A stretch of 64,000 nt of DNA from Candidatus Obscuribacteraceae bacterium. GTDB taxonomy: Bacteria; Cyanobacteriota; Vampirovibrionia; Obscuribacterales; Obscuribacteraceae. The stretch is taken from assembly GCA_044229845.1 (NCBI GenBank), contig JBGASG010000011.1:32001-96000 (forward strand), in the 5' to 3' direction. This document shows positions 1 through 10,639 of this stretch, in pieces (the first letter of the stretch is position 1; each line of letters begins with the position of its first letter). The notes below the pieces were generated by a model. That model searched no databases, was not told the DNA's origin, and saw only the letters and a list, made by a program, of their open reading frames with translations. Position numbers and translations under genes: made by a program.

Positions 1-284
1 GCAGCGGTAGATACTATGCTTCAACCGGACTGGGTCTTTACCTTTGTCGAAAAATCGTCGAACTGCACGGCGGTCGCATCGGCTGTCAGAGCCAACTGGG
101 AACAGGCAGTACGTTCACTTTTACAATCGACCCCTCGCACATCACAGAAAAAGTTCGCGACGATTCCCGAAGTGAGAGCGCGGAAGGCGCCGGTGAGAGC
201 GCGGAAGGCGCCGGTGAGAGCGCGGAAGGCGCCGGTGAGAGCGCGGAAGGCGCCGGTGAGAGCGCGGAAGGCGCCGGCGAGTAA
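1..284 (+). CDS. Sensor histidine kinase, C-terminal fragment (HATPase_c) with (ESAEGAG)x5 tail; 5' end outside window
   Basis: Not in the ORF track. The frame starting at nt 3 reads [42 protein letters not shown] (G2 box and terminal strands), ending at TAA 282-284. Confidence 0.88.
   Translation, partial: SGRYYASTGLGLYLCRKIVELHGGRIGCQSQLGTGSTFTFTIDPSHITEKVRDDSRSESAEGAGESAEGAGESAEGAGESAEGAGESAEGAGE
174..278 (+). repeat. 21-bp tandem repeat x5 (GAGAGCGCGGAAGGCGCCGGT)
   Basis: Units start at 174, 195, 216, 237 and 258; the last ends GGC. In frame with the kinase C-terminus. Confidence 0.97.
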
Positions 285-298
285 CCACGTATCGGTCG

Positions 299-841
299 CT
301 ACAGATATGGCTGCAGATGCTGCAACATGCAGTCCATAACGAGCGGGGCAAAGTGACCGCAACCAATAGGATCATCGACAGCCGCATGCGGCTTGTCTTC
401 GAATTCCTGCCGGGCCGCCACCAGGCAGGACCGCACTTTATTGATGATACTCTCCACCTTGCTGCTCATTGCGTCAGAGCCAGGCTTGATGCCGCGCTTC
501 ACCAAAGTAGACTCAATAACAGCCTTGGCCGCTTGCAGAGCCTGGCATGACGCTATGCACGCAGGTTGATCTGGCGAATGCTCCAGCAGTCCAAAATCCC
601 GGGCGCTGTCTAACAGCGCCGCCGCGCAATTGTTGCGGTCCCGGACCAGGCGTTCAAGTACCGCCAACCGGGCATTTGGATAACGAAGACACATGCGGAC
701 CAGCCCGTGAAGTAAAGCACAATTCAGTCTCTCACTCCCCGCGCCTGAGAGCATCATCCCTGCGGAGGGTTGATAGGCACAAATCGGTCCGACTCGGGAG
801 TCCAGAGGAAATTGGTGAGTTGATACAATTAAGTCCGCCAT
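299..841 (-). CDS. Hypothetical protein
   Basis: Longest ORF between the kinase and hypF, trimmed to ATG 841 (MADLIV) to avoid overlapping hypF. No recognisable motif. Confidence 0.4.
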   Translation of the reverse strand: MADLIVSTHQFPLDSRVGPICAYQPSAGMMLSGAGSERLNCALLHGLVRMCLRYPNARLAVLERLVRDRNNCAAALLDSARDFGLLEHSPDQPACIASCQALQAAKAVIESTLVKRGIKPGSDAMSSKVESIINKVRSCLVAARQEFEDKPHAAVDDPIGCGHFAPLVMDCMLQHLQPYL

Positions 842-853
842 TGGAGTGTCGTC

Positions 854-3223
854 ATGTCCCCAGACTCCGCAGTTTGCCAGACCAGACGAGTGCGTGTTTG
901 TGTGACCGGCATTGTGCAGGGCGTGGGCTTCAGACCCTTTGTTTACAAACTGGCAACCGAACACAATTTGAGCGGTTTCGTGCTCAATCAGGGCGGCGCG
1001 GTAGTGATCGAGGTGGAGGGTCCGGCGCCCGCCATCGAACTCTTCGAAAAGAACCTAACAACGCTTTCACCCCCACTGTCGCATGTCGAAACCTGCACAA
1101 GCTCGGAACAGCCGCCAAGATTTGACGAGTCAGCATTTGCAATAATCGAAAGCGAGCAGTCATCGCAATTCGTACGGTCCGTCGCACCGGATTCAGCTAC
1201 TTGCGAAGATTGTCTGCGAGAACTGTTCGACCCGGCTGACCGCCGCCATCGCTATCCGTTCGTCAATTGCACCAATTGCGGTCCACGTTTCACGATTATC
1301 AATGACTTTCCGTACGACCGGAAGCGCACAACGATGGCTTCGTTTAACATGTGCTCCGCTTGCGCTTCTGAATACGCAGACCCGACCAACCGTCGATTTC
1401 ACGCTCAGCCGAATGCTTGCCCGGACTGCGGACCGCAGTTGCAATTGTTCTCACCTGAAGAACAGACAGGCTTTCTCCAAGGTGATGCCGCTCTTGCAGA
1501 AACCGCCCGGATTCTCCGGACGGGTGGCATCGCTGCAATCAAAGGACTGGGCGGCTTTCATTTGTGCTGCGATGCCACCAATCACGATACCGTTGAGCGG
1601 CTGCGCCGCCGCAAGCACCGCTATGAGAAACCTTTCGCCGTCATGTTTCGCTCTCTTGCCGAAATTCAAAGCGACTGCCAGGTTTCCTCCCTGGAAGCGC
1701 AATTACTTTTATCGCATCGACGCCCGATTGTGCTTTGCCGTCTGTCAGCCGAACACCGATTATCCACCGCGATTGCTCCCGGACTCGATCGTGTTGGAGT
1801 GATGCTGCCATACACGCCACTGCATCATTTGCTGCTCAACGATTTCCAGGGACCGCTTGTGATGACCAGCGGCAACCTCAGTGACGAACCCATCTGCATC
1901 GATAACCAGGAGGCGCTGACTGAGTTGCGCTCCCTGTCCGATGTGATTCTTTTGCACGATCGGTCCATCGCCTCCCGCTATGATGACAGCTTGATGGTTT
2001 GCACCGGCAATGGTGGCAAGTCGAGGGCATTCTCACTAAGGAGAGCACGCGGTTACGCCCCCGATCCCATCAAACTGACGACTCCCCCTGCAAAGACAGT
2101 TCTGGCTGTCGGAGCGCATTTGAAAAACACGTTCTGCGTCACTGCCGGATCGTCGGCATACGTCAGCCAGCACATCGGCGACCTGGAGAATCTGCAAGCA
2201 ATCAGGCACTTCCAGGAAACGCTGGACCGTTATCTTTCCCTGTTTCAGCTGCAACCCGAATTGATCGCCTGCGATCTGCATCCAGATTATTTATCAACTT
2301 CACTGGCGCACGAACTCTCTCGGCGCCTGGAAATACCCGTCCGGACTGTACAGCATCATCACGCTCACATCGTCGCCTGCACCGCGGAATTCGGCATTAC
2401 CGAGCCGGTCCTGGGTGTGGCACTGGACGGCTCAGGTTACGGCAGCGACGGCACCATCTGGGGAGGCGAATTTCTCTTTTGTCACGGCAGTCAATTCAAG
2501 CGAGTGGCACACTTCGAGACAGTGCCGCTGATCGGCGGATCAAAAGCCGTCAAAAGCCCCTGGCGCATGGCACTCGCTTACCTGTACAAAAGAGAAAACT
2601 TCTCCTGGTTTGAGTCGGCAATTGCCGAGCAGATAAATCCAGTCCTGATTCGCGGAGTTCACCAACTGCTGGAGAAACACAGCAGCGCCCCGGAATCCGG
2701 TTTCAGCGCGCCGCTCACATCCAGCTGCGGACGCTTGTTCGATGCTATCGCCGCCGTGTCCGGTTTGCGACTGGAAGGAAGCTATGAAGGACAGCCGGCC
2801 ATGGAGCTGGAAGCAGCGGCACGCTCCGCGCTGCAGGCTGGCAACGGCGAACACCCGCGAAAGGACACCACCCACACCACATCTGACACCACATGCGACG
2901 CCGTGCTGCCCGTTGCCGACCTTGTCGAGCAGGCGGCTACGCAACGCCTGGCTGGATTGACACCGCCTGAGATAGCACTGCAATTTCACGTCAGACTGGC
3001 CAACCGGCTAAGCAGGAAGATCATCGCCCTGTGCAAGTCTTATTCTGTATCTACAGTCTGTCTGAGTGGCGGGGTGTTTCAAAATATGCTTCTACTGGAC
3101 TTGCTTATCAATCTGCTTGGTGACAGCATGCCCGATTTGCAGATTCTGCATCCCCGCCAACTACCCTGCAACGATGGTGGCATTTCACTGGGTCAAGCAG
3201 TGATTGCCGGCAATCAGGAGTAA
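854..3223 (+). CDS. hypF: Carbamoyltransferase HypF
   Basis: Acylphosphatase GIVQGVGFRPFV, two Zn fingers (CEDC...CTNC; CSAC...CPDC), KGLGGF, QHHHAH, NDGGISLGQ. Confidence 0.98.
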   Translation: MSPDSAVCQTRRVRVCVTGIVQGVGFRPFVYKLATEHNLSGFVLNQGGAVVIEVEGPAPAIELFEKNLTTLSPPLSHVETCTSSEQPPRFDESAFAIIESEQSSQFVRSVAPDSATCEDCLRELFDPADRRHRYPFVNCTNCGPRFTIINDFPYDRKRTTMASFNMCSACASEYADPTNRRFHAQPNACPDCGPQLQLFSPEEQTGFLQGDAALAETARILRTGGIAAIKGLGGFHLCCDATNHDTVERLRRRKHRYEKPFAVMFRSLAEIQSDCQVSSLEAQLLLSHRRPIVLCRLSAEHRLSTAIAPGLDRVGVMLPYTPLHHLLLNDFQGPLVMTSGNLSDEPICIDNQEALTELRSLSDVILLHDRSIASRYDDSLMVCTGNGGKSRAFSLRRARGYAPDPIKLTTPPAKTVLAVGAHLKNTFCVTAGSSAYVSQHIGDLENLQAIRHFQETLDRYLSLFQLQPELIACDLHPDYLSTSLAHELSRRLEIPVRTVQHHHAHIVACTAEFGITEPVLGVALDGSGYGSDGTIWGGEFLFCHGSQFKRVAHFETVPLIGGSKAVKSPWRMALAYLYKRENFSWFESAIAEQINPVLIRGVHQLLEKHSSAPESGFSAPLTSSCGRLFDAIAAVSGLRLEGSYEGQPAMELEAAARSALQAGNGEHPRKDTTHTTSDTTCDAVLPVADLVEQAATQRLAGLTPPEIALQFHVRLANRLSRKIIALCKSYSVSTVCLSGGVFQNMLLLDLLINLLGDSMPDLQILHPRQLPCNDGGISLGQAVIAGNQE

Positions 3224-3229
3224 TGTGGC

Positions 3230-3511
3230 ATGTGTCTGGCGATACCGGGACTTGTGGAAACCATTTTTGAGGAGAACGGGCTCTCGATGGCGTCCGTAGA
3301 TTTTGGCGGTATCAGGCGAAACGTTTGCGTGTCGTACGTAGAGCATGTTCGCCCCGGACAATACGTGCTCGTGCATGTCGGCTTCGCATTGAGTATTGTC
3401 GACGAAGAGGAAGCAAAACGCTCCCTGTCGTCCATTGATGCAGCAGCCGAGCTGGGACTGCCCGAGCTGGGAGTGCCCGACGCGGGACGCGGGGAGGATG
3501 TTGAACCGTGA
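3230..3511 (+). CDS. hypC: Hydrogenase maturation chaperone HypC
   Basis: N-terminal [17 protein letters not shown]. Confidence 0.98.
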   Translation: MCLAIPGLVETIFEENGLSMASVDFGGIRRNVCVSYVEHVRPGQYVLVHVGFALSIVDEEEAKRSLSSIDAAAELGLPELGVPDAGRGEDVEP

Positions 3512-4611
3512 AGTTCTTTTCCGAATTTAGAGACGAGACTCGCGCCAAGACTCTCAGTCGCCGCATTCATCAGCGTGTCAGCCGCCAGTGGAAGATCATG
3601 GAAGTGTGCGGCGGACAGACTCACGCCATCATGCAATACGGCATTCCAGATCTTCTGCCGCCCGAGATCGAACTGGTTCATGGACCGGGCTGTCCTGTAT
3701 GCGTGACACCAATCGACGTGATAGACCAGGCCATACAGATTGCCGGATCTGCTGACACCATTTTCTGCTCCTTTGGAGACATGCTCAGGGTACCCGGATC
3801 CAAGATGGATTTGCTAGCGGTAAAGGCGCAGGGAGCGGATGTGCGCGTTGTGTACTCGCCGATGGATTGCCTTGCAATCGCCAAGACCAATCCCACCAAG
3901 CAAGTCGTGTTTTTCGCCATCGGCTTTGAAACAACGGCTCCGGCTAACGCTATGGCTGTGGTGCAGGCAAACAAGCTTGCCATCTCAAACTTCTCAATGC
4001 TTTGCTCGCACGTTCTGGTGCCTCCGATTATGGAGAGCATGTTGAGCATGCCGGAGACTACCATTCAGGCATTTCTGGGCCCCGGTCACGTGTGCACTGT
4101 GATGGGCTCCCAGCAGTACGAGCCTATTGCCAGCCGCTTTCATGTGCCGATCGTGATATCAGGATTTGAACCTCTGGATATTTTGGAAGGCATAGCTCGC
4201 GCGGTCGAACAACTGGAGTCTGGTCGGTCTGAGGTAGAAATCCAGTACGCCCGCGCTGTTCGTCCGCAGGGCAATGAAGCGGCGAGAGCCGTCGTGGCTG
4301 AAGTCATGGAGCCCTGCGAGCGCAGCTGGCGAGGTATAGGAACTGTCCCCGCCAGTGGACTGCGCATCCGCGACCAGTACGTCCGCTTCGACGCCCTGAC
4401 TCACTTTTCGCTGCACTCAAGCGGCGGGCGAGACCACGAACAGTGCATCAGCGGACAAATTCTTCAAGGTTTGAAGAAACCTCCGGATTGTCCGGCTTTT
4501 GGCAAGCAGTGCACGCCCGAGCGCCCCCTCGGTGCCACCATGGTGTCCTCAGAGGGAACCTGCGCAGCCTATTATCGGTATGCACTGACAGCTCTGCGGG
4601 GGGATGATTGA
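3508..4611 (+). CDS. hypD: Hydrogenase maturation protein HypD
   Basis: [36 protein letters not shown]. Confidence 0.98.
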   Translation: MKFFSEFRDETRAKTLSRRIHQRVSRQWKIMEVCGGQTHAIMQYGIPDLLPPEIELVHGPGCPVCVTPIDVIDQAIQIAGSADTIFCSFGDMLRVPGSKMDLLAVKAQGADVRVVYSPMDCLAIAKTNPTKQVVFFAIGFETTAPANAMAVVQANKLAISNFSMLCSHVLVPPIMESMLSMPETTIQAFLGPGHVCTVMGSQQYEPIASRFHVPIVISGFEPLDILEGIARAVEQLESGRSEVEIQYARAVRPQGNEAARAVVAEVMEPCERSWRGIGTVPASGLRIRDQYVRFDALTHFSLHSSGGRDHEQCISGQILQGLKKPPDCPAFGKQCTPERPLGATMVSSEGTCAAYYRYALTALRGDD

Positions 4612-5660
4612 TCATGGTGCAAGAAGACGGCGCCGCTTGCTCACTGCCGCTGTTTCACGATCAATTCGTCGTGCTCGGTCACGGCAGTGGTGGCAGGTTG
4701 ACCAACAGCTTGATCGAAAACGTCTTTTTACCATTGCTGGGTAATCAGCATTTGAGAGCCGCTGAAGATGCGGCCGACGTAGCTCAACTGACCGGCCGCT
4801 GTGTGATTTCTACCGATAGCTATGTCGTGCAACCGATTATTTTTCCTGGCGGCAATATCGGATCGCTGGCGGTCAACGGCACCGTCAACGATCTCGCGAT
4901 GCGCGCGGCACGTCCGCTCTACCTGACGGCCGGATTTATTCTCGAGGAAGGACTCTCGATCGAAACGCTGCGTCAGATAGTTTCTTCCCTGGCAGCCACT
5001 GCCCAAGCGGCAGCAGTGCCGGTCGTAGCCGCCGACACCAAAGTCGTGAATCGGGGAGCAGGCGACCAGATATTCATCAACACAACAGGCATCGGTGAAC
5101 TGCTGCAAGACCCACCTCCCGGTGTCAGCCGTGTCCGGGCCGGAGATGCGATTATCGCCAGCGGAGATATTGGGCGACACGGCATAGCAATCATGTGCCA
5201 GCGGTCGGGATTGCAACTGGAGAGCACCGTCACCAGCGATTGCAGCAGTCTATTTCCGCTTGTTCAATCGATGTTGCCGACGGCAGATCTGCATTGCCTG
5301 CGCGACCTGACGCGGGGCGGTCTGGCAACTGTCCTCAATGAAATTGCCTGCGGAGCCGACGTGGGCATTGAGATTTCGGAGAAGTCAGTTCCTGTGAGCG
5401 AAGCAGTAAGAGCCGCCTGCGAATTGCTGGGGCTCGACCCACTTTATGTGGCTTGCGAGGGACGCCTGATAGCAATCATCAGCGAGGATCAAGCAGACTC
5501 CACGCTGGAGGCAATGCGTCGACATGGTGGTTGCCCCGATGCTGGTATCATTGGACGAGTGACTGCTGAACATCCTCGTCGCGTCGTTATGCAATCAGTT
5601 ATCGGTGGCCGTCGTATAGTCGACCGGCTCTCCGGCGAACAACTGCCACGTATCTGCTAG
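4608..5660 (+). CDS. hypE: Carbamoyl dehydratase HypE
   Basis: [28 protein letters not shown]-terminal PRIC. Confidence 0.98.
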   Translation: MIMVQEDGAACSLPLFHDQFVVLGHGSGGRLTNSLIENVFLPLLGNQHLRAAEDAADVAQLTGRCVISTDSYVVQPIIFPGGNIGSLAVNGTVNDLAMRAARPLYLTAGFILEEGLSIETLRQIVSSLAATAQAAAVPVVAADTKVVNRGAGDQIFINTTGIGELLQDPPPGVSRVRAGDAIIASGDIGRHGIAIMCQRSGLQLESTVTSDCSSLFPLVQSMLPTADLHCLRDLTRGGLATVLNEIACGADVGIEISEKSVPVSEAVRAACELLGLDPLYVACEGRLIAIISEDQADSTLEAMRRHGGCPDAGIIGRVTAEHPRRVVMQSVIGGRRIVDRLSGEQLPRIC

Positions 5661-5965
5661 TGCCGTTGCACCGCTGGTGCACGACTGCAAAGTCGCAGTC
5701 CGGACTTAATGAGCGGATTCAAGAAAGGTCCTTGCAGATCGGCGGCCACCACCCTGGCCAGTCCGAGCGGTGTTACTGACACGCGCGGGACATCGGCACC
5801 GGCAAAGATCAGCGCCATCAACACTAGAAGAACCAGCAACCAAGAATTTCGTTTGTTAGTTCGGTGATGCGTCCGGTCGGTATTTGTCGCCGAGGTTGGC
5901 GGTTGGAAGACAGACACAGGCACATGCAGTGACCCGGTTGGTCTGTGTGTAGTAGTGGCGTACAT
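5657..5965 (-). CDS. Hypothetical small membrane protein
   Basis: ORF with one hydrophobic segment; GAGGTAAGGGG upstream of the ATG. Confidence 0.45.
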   Translation of the reverse strand: MYATTTHRPTGSLHVPVSVFQPPTSATNTDRTHHRTNKRNSWLLVLLVLMALIFAGADVPRVSVTPLGLARVVAADLQGPFLNPLIKSGLRLCSRAPAVQRH

Positions 5966-6117
5966 ACCCCTTACCTCGTTGACCTGAAACTGTCACTTTC
6001 AGTATCGACCTTTTGAAAGCTCTGCACATCGTCCATTCGACAGACTTTGCTAGTCCTCAGGAACGATGTTTGCACAGCTTCCAGCGGCAAAAATGTCTTA
6101 GTGAACGAGGGAAAGCA

Positions 6118-6807
6118 ATGAACACAGTCTGGATTGCACTGGCGCTGAGTGGTCTTCTCAGCGCCTCCATAGCCGCGACCGCCTCGTCATCGGTAGTGCC
6201 GGCGCCGGTGAGCGTCAATCCGCCCGCATCTCACACGTCAGCATCGCCGCAGTGGATACCGGTTCCGTCCTGGCTTGCGGGCACGTGGTGGGCAAAGTCT
6301 GAAGTCGTACTGTACTCGTACAATTACAGCACCAGGCAGTCCGTGACCACTGAGCCCTTAACTTTGACTATTTCCAGAGTCAGTACCATAGGCATGCAGA
6401 AGGACGGGCAGGGCACCATCTGGCATTACACGGGGCTGCCATACAATCGAATAACTCAGACCGACAGCTACACTGAGTTTCACGAAATAGAATCTACGGA
6501 GTTGCAGCGCAGCGACGCGCTGGAGGTGCGAGTGACAACGCGCGCCAGGGTAACTCGCACCGCAAAAGAGAATTCGCAACTTATCGACTCATTCTCCGAG
6601 TTAACCACTATCAGTTATGTGCCACTCCCAGAGGATGGTTTGATTCAGGCAAGCTTTTTGATCAGGGACTTCGACATGCAAGGCAGGCCGATGTATTTAA
6701 CCAGGGCAGTTTCTATCGAAAAGAGAATTAAGCCATTCGCGATCGTAGATTTGAATGAGCGCGGTAATTTACGACTCAAGTTTAATGAGTTCATGACAGG
6801 CCGTTGA
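6118..6807 (+). CDS. Hypothetical exported protein
   Basis: Signal-peptide-like N-terminus from MNTVWIALAL, Pro/Ser linker, then a beta-rich domain (WLAGTWW). Confidence 0.7.
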   Translation: MNTVWIALALSGLLSASIAATASSSVVPAPVSVNPPASHTSASPQWIPVPSWLAGTWWAKSEVVLYSYNYSTRQSVTTEPLTLTISRVSTIGMQKDGQGTIWHYTGLPYNRITQTDSYTEFHEIESTELQRSDALEVRVTTRARVTRTAKENSQLIDSFSELTTISYVPLPEDGLIQASFLIRDFDMQGRPMYLTRAVSIEKRIKPFAIVDLNERGNLRLKFNEFMTGR

Positions 6808-6867
6808 GCCGGCCCTGCGCACACATTTCTGCTAAAGTCGGGGCGGTTTTTCGCTTCTGGAGGTTCG

Positions 6868-7152
6868 GTGTCGAAGTTTCTTGTAATCTGGTCTCTGCAA
6901 CCCGACGGCTTACGTCAAGACTTAACGCAAGCGGTACTGCGCATGCCTGAGTATGCGAAAGACTTGAGAAACCGCAAAAAGCTCGACGTTCGGTATCACA
7001 TCGTCGGTGGACATGGCGGCGCATGGATTTACGACGTCGATAACAATGAAGAACTGGATCGGTTGCTGGCCATGTCTCCTGTCTACAACTTCGCAACTTA
7101 TACAGTTTATGCGCTAGCCAGAATGGATGATGACACGCCCTCTCAAAAATAG
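6868..7152 (+). CDS. Muconolactone isomerase-like / DUF3303-like small ferredoxin-fold protein
   Basis: GGAGG SD before GTG; YHIVGGHGGAWIYDVDNNEELDRLLAMSP resembles the MIase family pattern. Confidence 0.7.
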   Translation: MSKFLVIWSLQPDGLRQDLTQAVLRMPEYAKDLRNRKKLDVRYHIVGGHGGAWIYDVDNNEELDRLLAMSPVYNFATYTVYALARMDDDTPSQK

Positions 7153-7160
7153 ATCTGCGC

Positions 7161-9887
7161 CTATTGCACCCATCGCTTGCGGCAGCGCAGCACCAGATAT
7201 GCCGCCGCCTCACTTACCAACCAGCCGACCGTGACGATGCCCAGTATCTCGGTCATGTGACTGAGAGACAGTGGAGTCGTATCCAAGATGGTATTGAGAC
7301 CTGGTAAGTACAAAGCTGCCAAAAGCAAGCTGTACGAGCAGAGCATCGAGACTGAGATTTGCCAGTTTATGCGGGATAAGCGAAGTTGGCCGTCGGCGAT
7401 AAAAAGCCATGACCAGGCCTGATACATAAGCGACAAGGACAATGCACAAAGTGCGACGGTTGGCAGCGCTCCTTCTTCGTAATGACAGACATGCCAGTAC
7501 TCAAGGCAAATGAACGCCGACGTCGCCGCTACCACAGCGCGCAGACAGATCTGCGAAAACTGCTGCATTCCAAACAGTCGTTGATTCGTCTTGCGAGGCG
7601 GACGATTCATCACCTCAGGGTCGGACGGCTGCAAAACCATTCCCAGTCCAGGGAATACGTGCATGATCAAGTTTAGCCACAGCAATTGCAACGGCGTTAT
7701 GTGCGCCCCAAGACCCAATATCACCGAGCCGGATACTGCCATTACCGAAGCCAGACTGGCGGTCAGCAAATAGCCGACCGCCTGCCGAATATTCTGATAG
7801 ATGCTGCGGCCGAATTTTATAGCCCGAATGATCGTACTGAAGTTGTCGTCGGTGAGCACCAGGGCCGAGACGTCGCGCGCCAGATCGCTTCCGCGCAGTC
7901 CCATGGCAATGCCGATGTTTGCTTGCTTGAGAGCTGGCGCATCGTTAACGCCATCGCCGGTCATAGCCACCACATTTCCGGCTCGCTGCAACCCCTGCAC
8001 CACGCTCAGCTTGAGTTCTGGGGTAGCACGCGCGATTACAGCGACGGACTTCAGTTTCTCAGCCAGATCAGCGCCGGCGATTGACTCTAATTCCTTGCCA
8101 GTCACCACCGCGTCTTCCCAGCCCGGATGGAGGATCCCCAACTCCCGCGCGATTGATTCGCCCGTCGCCGACTGATCGCCGGTAATCATCACTACTTCGA
8201 TACCGGCCTTGTGAGCATCGGCGATTGCCTCGGTTACGCCCTCCTTGGGGCGATCCGCCATACCAACCAGTCCCAAGAGTGTCATTTCGTTCTCGCAGTT
8301 CTCGAACTGGCGCTCTCTCACAGACGTGCGCACAGCGACGGCCAGCACGCGCAGCCCGCGCGCTGCCAACAACACATTCTGCTCGATAAAGTGGGCACTG
8401 GCCGCAGGGTCCAGCAGTTGGATATTACCGCCATCTAAATAGTGTGAGCAAATCGACAGCACAGACTCCGGAGATCCCTTGGTGAAGGCAATGTATTGCT
8501 TGTCGATGCGGTGCAACGTCGTCATGCGCTTCCTGGACAAATCGAATGGCAGTTCGTAAGCCCGTGGAAACTGTCGCAGCAAATCGTCCGGCGAATAGCC
8601 GGCTTTGCCGCCGGCGACCAGCAAGGCTCCTTCTGTCGGGTCTCCTAGAACCGCCCATTTACCGGTTTTTGGATCCGCCGCCAGGCTTGCATCGTTGCAC
8701 AGCATGGCGGCTCTGAGTAATTCAGACAATCCATGATTGAGGGACGGATCAACAGTTCTGCCACCATCTGTGAAAGAGCCTGCCGGATCGTAACCGCTGC
8801 CTGTGACCTTAATATGCAAGCAAAAGAGAACGATATCACTGACGACCAGCTGATTCTCCGTGAGAGTACCCGTCTTGTCGGTGCAAATCACGGTTGTGCA
8901 ACCGAGAGTCTCGACAGATGCCAACCGCCTTACCAGGGCTCCGAGCCTGACCATGCGCTGCGTGCCGATAGCAAGAGCGAGCGTGGCAAGCAGTTGCAAC
9001 CCTTCAGGAATGGCGGCTACGGCCAGCGCGATACCCACCTGAACCATGTACCAGAAAGGCTGTCCGACGGCCACACCAATGCCGCAGATGGTGACGGAGA
9101 GAATTACGGTCAACCAGGTGAGCTGGCCACCGAGATGATCCAGTTCCTTCTCCAGAGGGGTTGCACCACTGGTAGTTTCACTCAACAGTTTGCCCAGTGA
9201 GCCCAATCGCGACGCGCGACCGGTTGCTGTAACTACCGCCATCGCCCGACCAGCGGCAACAGTAGTGCCGGCGAAGACTTGCATGTCTTCAACCTTGCCA
9301 CCCGGCAGGGGCTCCGCCGATTTGAACACGCAGACACTTTCGCCCGTCAGAGCAGACTCATCCACGCTAAATGAAGCACACTCGACGATGCGCATGTCGG
9401 CGGGGACTCGCACACCAGACTCTAATTTCACAAGATCGCCGGGAACCAGTTCAACTATCGGCAACTCCACTTCCACTCCGGCGCGGAGCACGCGGATTTG
9501 ACCGCCAGCTAGTTTCTTCAATCTTGCCAACGAAACTTCAGCCTGCCTTTCAGTAAAAAATCCAATCGCTGCATTGATAAATATCGCGGCACCGATGGCG
9601 GCAGCTTGAGTATATTCTTTTAGAAGCACAGACAGGACGAGCGCAATTAACAGCAGAACAACTACAGAAGATATAAATTGGTGGATCAATGTTTGCCACC
9701 AGCGAGTGGCGGCAACGCTGGCGACTTCGTTGGGACCGTACTTGAGCAGTCGTCCCTGGGCATCCTCCGCCGCCAATCCATGACTGAGATCGGTCTGCAT
9801 GATCTCGGCCACCCGAGCCGCCGAAGCTGTCAACAGTTCGGCATTGCCCGCAGTAGGGGCTTTGGTGTCGGGTTGTGGAAGCGACAT
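7161..9887 (-). CDS. P-type ATPase, type II (Ca2+-ATPase-like)
   Basis: LTGES, IPEGL, DKTGTLT, KGSPE, MITGD, TGDGVNDAPAL. Start may be 9887 or 9947. Confidence 0.95.
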   Translation of the reverse strand: MSLPQPDTKAPTAGNAELLTASAARVAEIMQTDLSHGLAAEDAQGRLLKYGPNEVASVAATRWWQTLIHQFISSVVVLLLIALVLSVLLKEYTQAAAIGAAIFINAAIGFFTERQAEVSLARLKKLAGGQIRVLRAGVEVELPIVELVPGDLVKLESGVRVPADMRIVECASFSVDESALTGESVCVFKSAEPLPGGKVEDMQVFAGTTVAAGRAMAVVTATGRASRLGSLGKLLSETTSGATPLEKELDHLGGQLTWLTVILSVTICGIGVAVGQPFWYMVQVGIALAVAAIPEGLQLLATLALAIGTQRMVRLGALVRRLASVETLGCTTVICTDKTGTLTENQLVVSDIVLFCLHIKVTGSGYDPAGSFTDGGRTVDPSLNHGLSELLRAAMLCNDASLAADPKTGKWAVLGDPTEGALLVAGGKAGYSPDDLLRQFPRAYELPFDLSRKRMTTLHRIDKQYIAFTKGSPESVLSICSHYLDGGNIQLLDPAASAHFIEQNVLLAARGLRVLAVAVRTSVRERQFENCENEMTLLGLVGMADRPKEGVTEAIADAHKAGIEVVMITGDQSATGESIARELGILHPGWEDAVVTGKELESIAGADLAEKLKSVAVIARATPELKLSVVQGLQRAGNVVAMTGDGVNDAPALKQANIGIAMGLRGSDLARDVSALVLTDDNFSTIIRAIKFGRSIYQNIRQAVGYLLTASLASVMAVSGSVILGLGAHITPLQLLWLNLIMHVFPGLGMVLQPSDPEVMNRPPRKTNQRLFGMQQFSQICLRAVVAATSAFICLEYWHVCHYEEGALPTVALCALSLSLMYQAWSWLFIADGQLRLSRINWQISVSMLCSYSLLLAALYLPGLNTILDTTPLSLSHMTEILGIVTVGWLVSEAAAYLVLRCRKRWVQ

Positions 9888-10105
9888 CGATGCGCACCTG
9901 GAAAACACTGATATGGCTATTATCCTGAAAGCCTGTCCTCCGGTCATCGTCCAGTTGGTACGCGGACTGATTGTTCCAGGTCATCCTGTCGACTTAGGCG
10001 CAGTCAGTCACCGACAATAGACATTTCGGTGGATGCCCTCCCCGGCGCCTACATTGGAAGATGCTCGTGTGAACTGTGACTGCGATTCGCGAGGATAGCG
10101 ACCCC

Positions 10106-10639
10106 ATGAAAATTCTGATTGCCACAGACGGCTCCGAGTACTCGCAAGCCGCTCTTGAGTCTGTCGCTGAGCGCCCGTGGCCCGCAGACACGTCGATCGT
10201 AGTACTGCATGTGGTGCAGACGCTGGCCCCCCAATACATCGGATTTAACTATGGATATGCCGAAGCGCTGGCAACCGTGGACGAAGCTGGGCGCAAAGAA
10301 GGGCGCAAAATACTTGATGATGCCGTCGACTTCTTAAAAGAGCGTTTGCCCGGTTGTCAGATAACAAATGTCATGTTAGACGGATACATTTTGGTCGGCA
10401 TCCTGGACGCCGCCGAAAAATTTGAAACCGACCTGATTATCGTCGGCTCACATGGGCGCACCGGGCTGGTTAAGTTCTTCATGGGCAGCGTCGCTGAAGC
10501 GGTGCTCAACCGTGCCCCGTGCTCTGTTGAGGTGGTGCGCAAACCAGTCAGACAGCAGCCCAAGCCTGAGCCGAAGTCGCAGTCGAAGTCGAAAAAATCA
10601 AGCAGCGCAGAAAAAACCAGGGCGGGACGCACCGGGTGA
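10106..10639 (+). CDS. Universal stress protein
   Basis: KILIATDGS; DLIIVGSHGRTG...GSVAEAV...APCSVEVV. Confidence 0.95.
   Translation: MKILIATDGSEYSQAALESVAERPWPADTSIVVLHVVQTLAPQYIGFNYGYAEALATVDEAGRKEGRKILDDAVDFLKERLPGCQITNVMLDGYILVGILDAAEKFETDLIIVGSHGRTGLVKFFMGSVAEAVLNRAPCSVEVVRKPVRQQPKPEPKSQSKSKKSSSAEKTRAGRTG

Noticed and set aside
174..278. Possible CRISPR array
   Set aside because: The units are contiguous with no spacers and lie in a coding frame, and no cas genes are present.
16..387. Repeat-containing ORFs (VRARKAP, TGAFRAL, RRLPRSH frames)
   Set aside because: These are shadows of the 21-bp repeat; the real frame is the histidine-kinase C-terminus.
854..5660. hypFCDE without hypAB or hydrogenase genes as a novel system
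   Set aside because: All four proteins look canonical, hyp genes are often dispersed, and the cluster is at the window edge.
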